Shown here: one piece after another, positions 22,290-35,210 of the stretch | Layout: each line of letters starts with the position of its first letter | Position numbering within the stretch: the stretch's first letter is position 1 | Origin: Malacoraja senta | Lineage: Eukaryota | Reading direction: 5' to 3' | NCBI GenBank assembly: GCA_038087875.1 | Contig: CM075986.1 | Location: 33,418,001 to 33,477,559, forward strand | Length of the DNA stretch: 59,559 bases | Made by a program: the position numbers and the translations under genes | The notes under the pieces: model-generated | The model's input: only the letters and a program-made list of their open reading frames with translations | Databases searched by the model: none | Told to the model about the DNA's origin: nothing

Positions 22290-22655
22290 CAAACATCACT
22301 TTTTGGTTAAACATAACTAGTTGCATCGTGCCTTGGTTCGGCAACTTGAACGTCCAGGAGCGGAAAAGAATGCAGAAAGTTGTGACCACTGCCCAGTCCA
22401 TCATCGGCTCTGACCTCCCCACCATCGAAGGGATCTATCGCAGTTGCTGCCTCAAAAAGGCTGCCAACATCATCAAAGACCCACACCATCCTGGCCACAC
22501 ACTCATCTCTCCATTGCCATCGGGAAGAAGATACAGGAGCTTGAAATCTGGAACATCCAGGTTCAGGAACAGCTACTTCCCCACAGCCATCAGGCCATCA
22601 AACAAACTCAGAACTATAACAGCCTATCGCACTTTATCTGTTTATTTATTGTGTA
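22290..22655 (+). mobile_element. Rex1/Babar LINE 3' end, continuing at about 24510-24655 after the Helitron
   Basis: WFGNLNVQERKRMQKVV...GRRYRSLKSGTSRFRNSYFPTAIR in ORF 21938-22705. Confidence 0.8.
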
Positions 22656-24509
22656 TCTATATTACTAAAAGTCTGATCTTGACCACTTCCTGTTCTGTAT
22701 ATTGATTTTAGAAAAAACATTGCCACTTAACGGCTGTGATTTTTGGCCATCTTACCCAGAGTTCCTTTCCGCTGCGCAGGATTAGAGGATTTTTCCCATC
22801 GATAAAAAATAAAAGAGTTATTAGTGTTTAAAAAATGTGAGCCACGCCCCTTCCGGAGGGACAATAAAACCCGGAAGTGTTGAGTGCCTCAGTCAGTCTC
22901 TGCAAGATGGGGGAAGTGAGGGGGTCACGTCTCTCAGTCTGAGCTGTGGATAACACTGAACACATGTCTACTAAACTGTGAGTGGTTTCACTGACCTGTC
23001 AGTGCCCTTAATGTGGTTTGAAAATATAGTTTGGAAATGCTAAAGCTGTGTTGCCTTTGGTTTGGAAATGCTTAAGCTGTGTTGCCTTTGGCTTGGAAAT
23101 GCTGAAGCTGTGTGTCTAATTAAAGTTGCCTTGCCTAATTAAAGTTGCCTTGCCTAATTAAAGTTGCCTTGCCTAATTAAAGTTGCCTTGCCTAATTAAA
23201 TTTGCCTTGCCTTCTATATAATTAAAATCTTGACCACTTCCTGTTTGCGCTTTATATTGATTTTAGAAAAACCTCTACCACGTACGGCTGTGATTTGTGG
23301 CCATCTTACTCAGAATCCCCCTCCACTCATCAGGTGCCGAGGTTTTTCCCATCGATGAAAAAAAAAAGCGTTATTAGTGTTTTAAAAATTTGATATTCTC
23401 TCTCCTGTCAATCATGCCATGAAGGCCACGCCCTTCTGGTGGGAGGGGGGAGGGACCGAGGGACCATAAAACCCAGAAGTGTGGGCGTGGCTCAGTCTCT
23501 GCAAGATGGAGGAGGGAGAGGTCATGACTCGCTGTCTTTAGTGGCCTTGCACCCTTGCTTGAAATGGTATGAAACTGCACTTGAATTTGGTGGCCTTGCA
23601 CCCTGCTTGAAGTGGTAAGAATTTGGTCCCCTAATTTGAGGAAGGACATTCTTGGTATTGAGGGAGTGGCAGCGTAGGTTTACATGGTTAATTCCCGGGA
23701 TGGCGGGACTGTCATATGCTGAGAGAATGGAGCAGCTGGGCTTGTACACTCTGGAGTTTAGAAGGATGAGAGGGTATCTCATTGAAACATATAAAATTGT
23801 TAAGGGCTTGGAAACGCTAGAGGCAGGAAACATGTTCCCGATGTTGGGGGAGTCCAGAACCAGGGGCCACAGTTTAAGTATAAGGAGTAAGCTATTTAGA
23901 ACGGAGACGAGGAAACACTTTTCTCACAGAGAGTGGTGAGTCTGTGGAATTCTCTGCCTCAGAGGACGGTGGAGGCAGGTTCTCTGGATGCTTTCAAGAG
24001 AGAGCTAGATAGGGCTCTTAAAAATAGCAGAATCAGGGGATATGGGGAGAAGGCAGGAACGGGGTACTGATTGGGGATGATCAGCCATGATCACATTGAA
24101 TGGCGGTGCTGACTCGAAGGGCCGAATGGCCTACTCCTGCACCTATTGCCTATTGTATATTGAAACTGCACTTGAATTTGGTGGCCTTGCAACCTGCTTG
24201 AAATGGAATTTCAAGGAATAGCTGTGAGTCAACTGCCAGCCCACCAGCCGTGAGTGAGTGAGCTGTCAGCACAACAGGCTTGAGTGACTGAGCCGCCAGC
24301 CCAAGAATCCTTTCGGCACACAATGTCCATACTAGTTCTCTGGAAACCAGTCCCTTAGGCCGAAAACATCCATACTAGCGCTCCAGAAAGCCCCCCCCCC
24401 CTCCCCCCACTGGCCACCAATATTGGATTTGGTGGAGAGGTGCAATATTGCGTTGGGGGACCAGCCCTCCCGTGTGATGCTGGGTCCCAACGGATCCCGC
24501 TTAGTCTAG
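22656..24509 (+). mobile_element. Non-autonomous Helitron-like element, with a CR1 fragment inserted at about 23622-24165
   Basis: Starts A|TC (TCTATATTACTAAAA...TTGACCACTTCC) and ends in a degenerate GGGTCCC-AAC-GGATCCC hairpin followed by CTAG|T. No TSD. It splits a Rex1 tail. Internal 20-bp tandem AATTAAAGTTGCCTTGCCT at about 23117-23210. Confidence 0.7.
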
Positions 24510-25479
24510 TATATATATATATGGTCTATGGTCTATAGACACACTGAACTTTTACCTCCTGTTCTGTATTATGTTTATATGTTCTGTTGTACGGCAGCAA
24601 GCAAGAATTTCATTGCCCTATCTAGGACACATGACAATATAACTCTCTTGACTCTTGAAACATCAATTACCAAAGTTTCAGAGAACTTGCAGTTACTATG
24701 ATAACATCTTTGTGTCAGGTCTGATCCTGCATGAAACCTCCAGAGACCCCACGAGAGGCTACATGTGTGTTTGTGTCAATGTAACCTATCAATGTTCAAT
24801 AAAGAATATACATGTAGTGTTGGTGTTGGTGTTCCCTGTTGGTGCGTTTTGGGAGGTGTTGCCAAGTTGGTGGGGAACAGGTGACCTGGATCTAAGATTG
24901 CACATTGGCTTTCACTCTATACATTTCTGCAGATTATGTAAATATACATGTATTAGTCTCCTCCGTCCAAAGAATACAACATTCTGAAGGAGGGTCTCGA
25001 CCCGAAACGTCACCCATTCCTTCTATCCAGAGATGCTGCATGTTTGACAGAGTTACTCCAGCATTTTGTGTCTATCTTCGGTGTAAACCAGCATCTGCAG
25101 TTCCTTCCCACACATTCCTGATGAGCCTTTCTGGTCTTTAAAATATTCAAAGCTAATGAAGAGGGAAAGGAGTTTTGATCATCTATGTGAATGCATTTGA
25201 TAAACTCATTCAAAAAGTGGAAAGATACAGAAGGAAGGGCCAGTGATGATGCCTGTAACAATGTGTTCAGGGCTGAAGCTATTCACTATATTTATTGATA
25301 GTTGAGATGTCGGATAGAAAGCCACACGACCAAGTTTGCTGCTCACACAAAGCAAGCAGAAGTGTCAACAGAGCATCTGGATGGTGTCATTGCTGAGATA
25401 AGGATACATGAAGTGAATGGGCAAATCTGTGGCAAGAACCAGCTCTTTAAATGTGTGTGGACCACACCCAAATACACAA

Positions 25480-26370
25480 TAGACAAGAGATGCAGGTGTA
25501 GCCATTCGGCCCTTCGAACCAGCACCGCCATTCAATGTGATCATGGCTGATCATCCACAATCAGTACCCCGTTCCTGCCTTCCCCCATATCCCCTCCACT
25601 ATCTTTAAGAGCCCTATCTAGCTCTTTCTTGAAAGTCCAGAGAACCAGCCTCCACCGCCCTCTGAGGCAGAGAATTCCATAGACTCACAACTCTGTGTGA
25701 AAAAGTGTTTCCTCGTCTCTGTTCTAAATGGCTTACCCCTTATTCTTAAACTGCGGCCCCTGGTTCTGGTCTTACCCAACATCGGGAACGTGTTTCCTGC
25801 ATCTAGCATGTCCAAACCCTTAATAATCTTATATGTTTCAATAAGATCACTTCTCATCCTTCTAAACTCCAGAGTATACAAGCCCAGCCGCTCCATTCTC
25901 TCAGCATATGACAGTCCCACCATCCTGGGAATTAACCTTGTAAACCTACGTGGCACTCCCTCAATAGCAAGAATGCCCTTCCTCAAATTAGGGGACTAAA
26001 ACTGCACACAATACTCCAGGGTACACAAAAATGCTGGAGAAACTCAGCGGGTGCAGCAGCATCTATGGAGCGAAGGAAATAGGCAATGTTTCGGGCCGAA
26101 ACCCTTCTTCAGCCCGAACGTTGCCTATTTCCTTCACTCCATAGATGCTGCTGCATCCGCTGAGTTTCTCCAGCATTTTTGTGTACCTTCGATTTTCCAG
26201 CATCTGCAGTTCCTTCTTTAACACAATACTCCAGGTGTGGTCTCACTAGGGCCCTGTACAACTGCAGAAGGACCTCTTTGCTCCTATTCTCAACTCCTCT
26301 CGTTAGGAAGGCCAACATGCCATTCACTTTCTTCACTGCCTGCTGTACCTACCTGCATGCTTACTTTCAT
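25480..26370 (-). mobile_element. CR1 3' fragment interrupted by a palindromic Penelope-tail insertion (26021-26220)
   Basis: ORFs 25618-25986 and 26109-26336 are CR1-like. 15-bp TSD ACACAATACTCCAGG at 26006-26020 and 26221-26235. Confidence 0.8.
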
Positions 26371-27298
26371 GATGCTGAATAGGTTGTAATTTAGAAGGCT
26401 AAAGGAAGATTTGTTTGATGTTTTCACAAAGATAATGGGATCTAACAGAATAGATTATCCTGGGATGATCTATTTACACATCTCCACATTCAGGGACAGT
26501 GTCTTCCCAGCTGTTATCAGGCAACTGAATCATCCTACCACAACCAGACAGCGGTCCTGAACTACTATCTACCTCACTGGAGACCCTTGGACTATCTTTG
26601 ATCGGACTTTCTTGGTTTTACCTTGCACTAAACGTTATTCCCTTATCATGTATGTATACACTGTAAATGACTCATTTGTAATCATGTGTTGTCTTTCCGC
26701 TGACTGGTTAGCATGCAACAAAAGTTTTCACTGTACCTCGGTACATGTGACAATAAACTAAACTAACTAGATGAGGAGGAATTATTTTTTACGTGTACAG
26801 TGCTCCCTGGGTTACAAATCATCTCCCTGATTTATGAAAATCCAACTTTATACAAAGTACAGGGTCTAAAAGTTAGAGGCAGCCATGCTGCACGGAAGAG
26901 GGTCATGGTGTCTGAAGAAGGGTCTCGACCCGAAACCTCACCCATTCCTTCTCTCCAGAGATGCTGCCTGTCCCGCTGAGTTACTCCAGCTTTTTGTGTC
27001 TATCAGAGGCTCATGGAAGTTTGGAATTGCCTTACACAGTTGGCGTTTGGTTCCAGGTCTGAAGGTGATTTTAAATCTGAGATTGCAGAGTTTGGTTATA
27101 CGAGATGTTAATGGATGTGGGGGGAAAGTCAGCTCAGTGGAGCTGGTGGTAGATCTCCACAATATCATTGAATGGTGGAACTGACCCGTGTCTCCTGTGT
27201 TCCTGTCCTCCTGTTGTCTTCATTTTATTCACACGAAGTTGATCTTCACAAAACATCCGCGGCAAACTAACTGTCTCACCTTCTCATTTGTCCTGAAG

Positions 27299-27438
27299 CC
27301 GGCACAGACTTGAAAGGAGAGGAAGGGAAGGAGGAACCGGGGGAATTGGATGGAGATGAAAATGTGTTCGCAGTTGCTGCCTTCGCCACCCTGTTCATTA
27401 TCAGTTTCCTCTACAGTACCTTCGTCACTGTTGTCAAG
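27299..27438 (+). CDS. IgW: IgW transmembrane exon TM1
   Basis: tcctgaag acceptor, phase 1. AGTDLKGEEGKEEPGELDGDENVFAVAAFATLFIISFLYSTFVTVVK: acidic spacer plus the antigen-receptor TM motif (F..LF..S..YS..VT..K). Donor AAG|GTAATG. Confidence 0.92.
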
Positions 27439-27564
27439 GTAATGATGACCAACGACAGAGATACTTTGTGACCCCCCACACTGTGACCGTCCATTCCTCA
27501 CTACACTGTGTTCTCTGACTGTCCAATCCTCACCACACCACGGCCCACAGATGATGCAGTCTGG

Positions 27565-30300
27565 GACAATAAGGGGGGGTGGTGTCAAATGGGACGGAGT
27601 TAAAGGAAAAGGGAGTAAAGGGATAGTTAATGACCCCAGAATTAACGGGAAAGAAAGCTCACAAAGGGATAGGAGAGTATGGACAAGTGTAATAGGGATC
27701 GATGTGAAAGGTGAGATGCGTAAGGAATTAAAAGTATTGTGTATGAATGTGCGAAGTATAAGAAGTAAAGTAGATGAGCTTGAGGCTCAGTTAGAGCTTG
27801 GTAGATATGACATGGTCGGGATTACTGAGACATGGCTGCAGGAGGATCGGGCCTGGGAACTTAATATTCAGGGTTATACATCCTATAGAAAGGACAGGCA
27901 GGTGGGCAGAGGAGGGGGGTAGCTCTTCTGGTGAGGAATGGAATTAAGTCCCTTGCGAGGGAAGACATAGGGACTGAAGAGGCAGAGTCACTGGATTGAG
28001 GTGAGGAATTGCAAAGGCAAGAAGTCACTAATTGGTGTTATCTACAGACCCCCAAATAGTAGCCCGGATGTAGGGTGTAAGTTGCAGCAGGAGTTAAAAC
28101 TGGCATGTAACAAAGGTAATGCCACTGTGGTGCTGGGGGATTTCAATATGCAGGTAGACTGGGAAAATCAGGTTGGTTCAGGACCCCAAGAAAGAGAGTT
28201 TGTAGAGTGCCTCCGAGATGGATCCTTAGAGCAGCTTCTATTGGAGCCGACCAGAGAAAAGGCAATTCTGGATTTAGTGTTGTCCAATGAACCAGATTTG
28301 ATAAAGAGAACTAAAGGTAAAGGAACCGCTTGGAGGTAGTGATCATAATATGATTAGTTTTAATCTGCAATTTGAGAAGGAGAAGGTTAAATTGGAAGTG
28401 TCAGTGATGCAGTTGAATAAAGGGGACTATGAAGCCATGAGAGAGGAGCTGGCCAAGGTAGACTGGAAAGGGATCCTAGCAGGAATGACGGTGGAACAGC
28501 AATGGCAGGAATTTCTGGACATAATCCGGAAGACGCAGGATCATTTCATTCCAAAAAGGAAGAAAGATTCTAAGGGGAGTAGGAGGCAACCGTGGCTGAC
28601 AAGAGAAGTTAGGAATAGAATAAAACTAAAAGAAAAGATGTATAACACAGCAAAGAGTAGCCAGAAGCCAGAGGATTGGGAAACTTTGATAGGACAACAG
28701 AAGGAAACAAAACAGGCAATACGGGCTGAAACGATGAAGTACGTGGGGAAGCTGGCCAGCAATATAAAGAAGGACAGTAAAAGCTTCTTTGATATGTTAA
28801 GGGAAAAAGAATAGCAAAGTCAAATGTGGGTCCTTTGAAGGCAGACACGGGTGAAATTATTATGGGGAACAAGGAAATGGCAGAAGAGTTGAACAGGTAA
28901 TTCAGATCTGTCTTCACTAAGGAAGACACAAACAATCTCCCAGATGTACTGGAGGACAGAGGATCTAAGGGGGACTGAAAGACATTTTCATTAGGTGAGA
29001 AATAGTATTGGGTAGGCTAATGGGACTGAAGGATGATAAATCCCCTGGGCCTGATGGTCTGCATCCCAGGGTCCTCAGGGAGGTGGCTCTAGAAATAGTG
29101 GTTGCATTGGTGATCATTTTCCAATGTTCAATAAATTCAGGATCAGTTCCTGTGGATTGGAGGATAGCTAATGTTATCCCACTTTTCAAGAAAGGAGTGA
29201 GAGAGAAAACAGGGAATTACAGACCAGTTAGCCTGACTTAGGTGGTGGGAAAGATGCTGGAGTCAATTATTAAAGAGATAATAATGGGGCATTTGGATAG
29301 CAGTAAAAGGATTACCATATATATCAATGATTTGGAAGAGGGAATTAGGAACAACACTAGCAAGTTTGCGGATGACACAAAGCTGGGTGGCAGTGTGAAC
29401 TGTGAAGATGATGTTAGGAGGTTGCAGGGTGACCTGGACAGGTTGAGTGAGTGGGCAGATGCGTGGCAGATGCAGTAATAATATAGATAAATGTGAGGTT
29501 ATCCACTTTGGTGGCAAAAACAAGGGAGCAGATTATTATCTTAATGGGGTTAGGTTAGGTAAGGGGGAGGTACAGCGAGACAGGGTGTCCTTGTACACCA
29601 GTCACTGAAAGTTGGCATGCAGGTACAGCAGGCAGTGAAGAAAGCAAATGGAATGTTGGCCTTCATAACAAGAGGATTTCAGTATAGGTGTAAAGAGGTT
29701 CTTCTGCAGTTGTATAGGGCTCTGGTAAGACCACATCTGGAGTATTGTGTACAGTTTTGGTCTCCTAATTTGAGGAAGGACATTCCTTGTGACTGAGGCA
29801 GTGCAGCATAGGTTCACGAGATTGATCCCTGGGATGGCGGGACTGTCATATGAGGAAAGATTGAAAAGACTAGGCTTGTATTCACTGGAGTTTAGAAGGA
29901 TGAGGGGATTTATTATAGAAACATATAAAATTATAAAAGGACTGGACAAACTAGATGCAGGAAAAATGTCCCCAATGTTGGGCGAGTCCAGAACCAGGGG
30001 CCACAGTCTTAGAATAAAGGGGAGGCCATTTAAGACTGAGGTGAGAAAAAAAAAATTCACCCAGAGAGTTGTGAATTGGTGGAATTCTCTGCCACAGAGG
30101 GCAGTGGAGGCCAAATCACTGGATGGATTTAAGAGAGAGTTAGATAGAGCTCTAGGGGCTAGTGTAATCAAGGGATATGGCTAGAAGGCAGGCACGGGTT
30201 ATTGATTGGGGATGATCAGCCATGATTACAATGAATGGCGGTGCTGGCTCGAAGGGCCAAATGGCCTCCTCCTGCACCTATTTGCTATGTTTCTATGGGA
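27565..30300 (+). mobile_element. Decayed CR1 LINE ORF2 (endonuclease and RT) with internal deletion
   Basis: ORFs 27551-30184 give APE motifs (GITETW, VIYRPP, GDFN) and RT segments (FADDTK), broken by stops and frameshifts. Confidence 0.9.
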
Positions 30301-30454
30301 CCCTTCCCATCCCCCTGGTCTTTGAACCTTTCCTCTTTACTCCTGTCCTCTGGGCCTTGATACAGCAAACATTCATAGAACGCTGGGTATTTGGGGCAAT
30401 GACCCTGGGCTCAAACAAGGAAATCAAACAAACGTTGCATTCATGTCCAATGTT

Positions 30455-30760
30455 GGGCGGCACGGTGGCGCAGCGATAGAGCTGCTGCCTTACAGCGCCA
30501 GAGACCCGGGTTCCATCCTGACTACGGGTGCTGTCTGTACGGAGTTTGTACGTTCTCCCCGTGACCTGCGTGGGTTTTCTCCGACATCTTCGGTTTCCTC
30601 CCAAACTCCAAAAATGTACAGGTTTGTAGGTTAATTGGCTTGATGAAAAATTGTCCCTAGTGAGGGTAGGGTAGTGTTAATGTGCGGGGATCGCTGGTCG
30701 GCGCAGTCTCGGTAGGCTGAAGGGCCTGTTTCCATGCTCTATCACTAAACTACAACTAAC
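30455..30760 (+). mobile_element. tRNA-derived SINE with a LINE-like 3' tail
   Basis: A box TGGCGCAGCGATAG, B box GGTTCCATCC, 3' end GAAGGGCCTGTTTCCATGCT..(CTAAA)n. A partial copy lies at about 38680-38790. Confidence 0.75.
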
Positions 30761-31080
30761 AGGGTACTCGGTATCTGAAACCTGAGCCCAAGTACGGGAC
30801 CTCTCTTCAGCCCACAACTGGTATTCAGACTGTGTATCCCTTAGAGTTGACCTGGGCCACTAATGAAAGACCACCTGTCCATGAGGGTCCATTTCCTACA
30901 AACATGCACAGACCACCAATCCACGAGGGTCCTAGAAAAGGTGCAGACCCCCTGTCCATGAGGGTCCATCTCCGAGGATAAGGACAGCCTGTCTGTTATT
31001 TAGTTTGCCTGTCCCTGCAGATCACCATCTGTGCTGCACCTTGTCACACACAATGTCTAACTTTCCTGTGTATATTACAG

Positions 31081-31092
31081 GTGCAGCAATGA
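31081..31092 (+). CDS. IgW: Probable IgW TM2 (cytoplasmic) exon, VQQ*
   Basis: ctttcctgtgtatattacag|GTG CAG CAA TGA is phase 0, compatible with the TM1 donor, and gives a K-V-Q-Q tail like the KVK of IgM. AATAAA at 31670. Confidence 0.55.
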   Translation: MQQ

Positions 31093-31729
31093 CCAGCCGA
31101 CACACACGCCACATTCACTCAAGAGATCGCCATGCAGCTGCTGACGTTGGCAAATGGAGTCTCCCTGTCTTTCATTCACTAACTCACTCGGCAATCCGAT
31201 GCTACTGCACTGCAAACGCTCATTTAAGGAGATAAACTTGGAAATGCACTGGGGATGCTGGGGAAGAAATCGGTTGGGACTGAGGGGGGGTGGGTGGGGT
31301 GGGGGGGACATGACAGGACATTACAGTGGGGAAATGTCAGGGTATGAGACACTGGAGTGGGTGGGATTCAGGAGTGGGCGAGGAAGGCAGGATTAATGTT
31401 TGGGAAAGGGGAGCAGGGGATGGGAATGTGATGAGTGAAGGAGAAGAGGGGAGTGTGGGAGGGGGAGGGATGCGCTGATATTGTGGAGCAAGAAGGGGGC
31501 ATGGGGAGGGGAGAATGAACAGGAAGCAATGTGGTGGAGGGGGGGAGGGCGATGCTTGGGGTCTTGCTCAATCAGATATTGTAAATCAGATGTTGTTTAA
31601 CTCATTGTCTGCAGCTTATTTTACATTTTTCTGCTGAACTGCATGTTTTGATTTGAAGTTAGATACATAAATAAAAGAAAATAACAAGAACATGAAATGG
31701 TTGGAGTTGATCATCACTTTAGGGACTTC

Positions 31730-34700
31730 AGCTGAGGATGTTGCCAGGACTTTTACGAGGATGTTGCCAGGACTTTACAAGGATGTTGCCAGGACTCGAG
31801 GGTGTGAGCTACAGGGAGAGGTTGAGTAGGCTGGGTCTCTATTCTTTGGAGCGTAGGAGGATGAGGGGAGATCTTATAGAGGTGTACAAAATCATGAGAG
31901 GAATAGATCGGGTAGATGCACAGAGCCTTTTACCCAGAGTAGTGGAATCGAGGACCAGTGGACATGGGTTCAAGGTGAAGGGGAAAAGATTTAAAAGGAA
32001 TCCGAGGGGTAACTTTTTCACACAGAGGGTGGTGGGTGTATGGAACAAACTGCCAGAGGAGGTAGTCCATCGTTTAAGAAACAGTTGGACAGGTACATGG
32101 ATAGGACAGGTTTGGAGGGATATGGACCAAGTGAAGGCAAGTTTTGCAAGGGAGATTTGCAAAGGCTACTGGGGAGACTTTAAACTAGAACGGTTGGGGG
32201 GAGGGACTCAAATAGAGAAAGCTAGTAGACAGTGTGTGAGGCAGGAGGCAGAGAAGGGAAGCACTCAGACCCAACATGTAGGGGAGAAAGAAGAAAATTA
32301 TAATAAACAGAGAATAAGAGGTGGTGGGTTTTTTAAATGTGTATATTTTAATGCTAGGAGCATTGTAAGAAAGGTGGATGAGCTTAGAGCCTGGATTGAC
32401 ACCTGGAAGTATGATGTGGCGATTAGTGAAACATGGTTGCAGGATGGCTGTGATAAGAAACTAAATATTCCAGGATTTCGTTGCTTCAGGTGTGATAGAA
32501 TTGGAGGAGCAAGAGGTGGAGGTGTTGCATTGCTTGTCAGGGAAGATATTACAGCAGTGCTTTGGCAGGATGGATTAGAGGGCTCGTCTAGGGAGGCTAT
32601 TTGGGTGGAACTGAGAAATGGGAAAGGTGTAGCAACACTTATAGGGGTGTATTATAGACCGCCTAATGGGGAGCGAGAATTGGGAGAGCAAATATGTAAG
32701 GAGATAGCAGATATTAGTAGTAAGCACAAGGTAGTGATTGTGGGAGATTTCAATTTTCCACACATAGACTGGGAAACACATTCTGTAAAAGGGCTGGATG
32801 GGTTGGAGTTTGTAAAATGTGTGCAGGATAGTTTTTTGCAGCAATACATATATGTACCTACTAGAGAAGGGGCAGTGCTGGACATCCTGTTAGGAAATGA
32901 GACAGGTCAGGTGGCGGAGGTATGTGTTGGGGAGCACTTCGGGTCCAGTGATCACAATAGCATTAGTTTCAATATAATTATGGAGAAGGTCAGAACTGGA
33001 CCAAGGGTTGAGATTTTTGATTGGAGAAAGGCTAACTTTGAGAAGATGCGAAAGGATTTAAAAGGAGTGAATTGGGACATTTTGTTTTATGGGAAGGATG
33101 TAGTAGAGAAATGGAGGACATTTAAAGGTGAAATTTTAAGAGTACAGAATCTTTATGTCCCTGTTCGGTTGAAAGGAAAGAGTAATAATTGGAAAGAGCC
33201 ATGGTTTTCAAGGGAAATTGGACACTTGGTTCGGAAAAAGAGAGAGATCTACAATAATTATAGGCAGCATGGAGTAAATGAGGTGCTTGAGGAGTATAAA
33301 GAATGTAAAAAGAATCTTAAGAAAGACATTAGAAAAGCGAAAAGAAGATATGAGGTTGCTTTGGCAAGTAAGGTGAAAGTAAATCCAAAGGGTTTCTACA
33401 GCTATATTAATAGCAAAAGGATAACAAGGAATAAAATTGGTCCATTAGAGAGTCAGAGTGGACAGCTATCTGCAGAGCCAAAAGAGATGAGGGTGTCATT
33501 GAACAATTTCTTTTCTTTGGTATTCACCAAGGAGAAGGATATTGAATTATGTGAGGTAAGGGAAACAAGCAGAGTAGCTATGGAAACTATGAGATTCAAA
33601 GAAGAGGAAGTACTGACACTTTTGAAAAATATAAAAGTGGATAAATCTCCAGGTCCTGACAGGATATTCCCTAGGACATTGAGGGAAGTTAGTGTAGAAA
33701 TAGCAGGGGTTGTGACAGAAATATTTCAAATGTCATTAGAAAAGGGAATGGTGCCGGAGGATTGGCATACTGCGCATGTTATTCCATTGTTTAAAAAGGG
33801 TTATAAGAGTAAAGCTAGCAATTATAGACCTGTTAGTTTGACGTCAGTGGTGGGCAAATTAATGGAAAGGATACTTAGAGATAATATATATAATCATCTG
33901 GAGAAACAGGGTCTGATTAGGAACAGTCAACATGGATTTGTGCCTGGAAGGTCATGTTTGACTAATCTTCTTGAATTTTTTGAAGAGGTTACTAGGGAAA
34001 TTGATGAGGGTAAAGCGGTGGATGTTGTCTATATGGACTTCAGTAAGGCCTTTAACAAGGTTCCACATGGAAGGTTGGTTAAGAAGGTGCAATTGTTGGG
34101 TATTAATGGTGGAGTAGCAAGATGGAAACAGTGGCTGAATGGGAGATACCAGAGAGTAATGGTGGATAACTTTTTGTCAGGTTGGAGGCCGGTGACTAGT
34201 GGGGTGCCTCAGGGATCTGTGTTGGGTCCAGTGTTGTTTGTCATATACATCAATGATCTGGATGATTGTGTGGTAAATTGGATTAGTAAGTATGCAGATG
34301 ATACTAAAATAGGTGGTGTGGATAATGAAGTAGAATTTCAAAGTCTACAGAGAGCTTTAGGCCATTTGGAAGAGTGGGTTGAAAGATGGCAGATGGAGTT
34401 TAATGCTAATAAGTGTGAGGTGCTACATCTTGGCAGAACAAATCAAAATAGGACGTACATGGTAAATGGTAGCAAATTGAGGAATGCAGTTGAACAGAGG
34501 GATCTAGGAATAACTGCATAGTTTCCTGAAGGTGGAATCTCATGTAGATAGGGTGGTAAAGAAAGCTTTTGGTGTGCTGGCCTTTATAAATCAGAGCATT
34601 GAGTATAGAAGTTGGGATGTAATGTTAAAATTGTACAAGGCATTGGTGAGGCCAATTCTGGAGTATGGTGTACAATTTTGGTCGCCAAATTATAGGAAAG

Positions 34701-35210
34701 ATGTCAACAAAATAGAGGGAGTACAGAGGAGATTTACTCGAATGTTGCCTGGGTTTCAGCAACTAAGTTACAGAGAAATGTTGAACAAGATAGGTCTTTA
34801 TTCTTTGGAGCACAGAAGGTTAAGAGGGGACTTGATAGAGGTCTTTAAAATTATGAGAGGGATAGACAGAGTTGACGTGGATAAGCTTTTTCCAGTGAGA
34901 GTAGGGAAGATTCAAACAAGAGGACATGATTTGAGAATTAAGGGACAAAAGTTTAGGGGCAACATTAGGGGGAACTTCTTTACTCAGAGAGTGGTAGCTG
35001 TGTGGAATGAGCTTCCAGTGGAAGTGGTGGAGGCAGGTTCGATTTTATCATTTAAAAATAGATTGGATGGGTATGTGGACAGGAAAGGAATGGAGGGTTA
35101 TGGTCTGAGTGCAGGTAGATGGGACTAGGTGAGAGTAAGTGTTCGGCACGGACTCGAAGGGCCGAGATGGCCTGTTTCCGTGCTGTAATTGTTATATGGT
35201 TATATAAGTG
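31730..35210 (+). mobile_element. Near-intact CR1 LINE ORF2 (APE endonuclease and RT), preceded by a separate CR1 3' fragment
   Basis: ORF 31738-34521 contains YFNARS, AISETW, YYRPP, GDFN, SDHN, YMDFSKAF, PQGSVLGP and YADD. After an apparent 2-nt deletion near 34515 it continues in ORF 34532-35128. Confidence 0.93.

Noticed and set aside
31738-34521. 927-aa ORF as one host gene
   Set aside because: It is a fusion of a CR1 3' fragment, spacer sequence and a second CR1 ORF2; retroelement motifs account for the recognisable parts.
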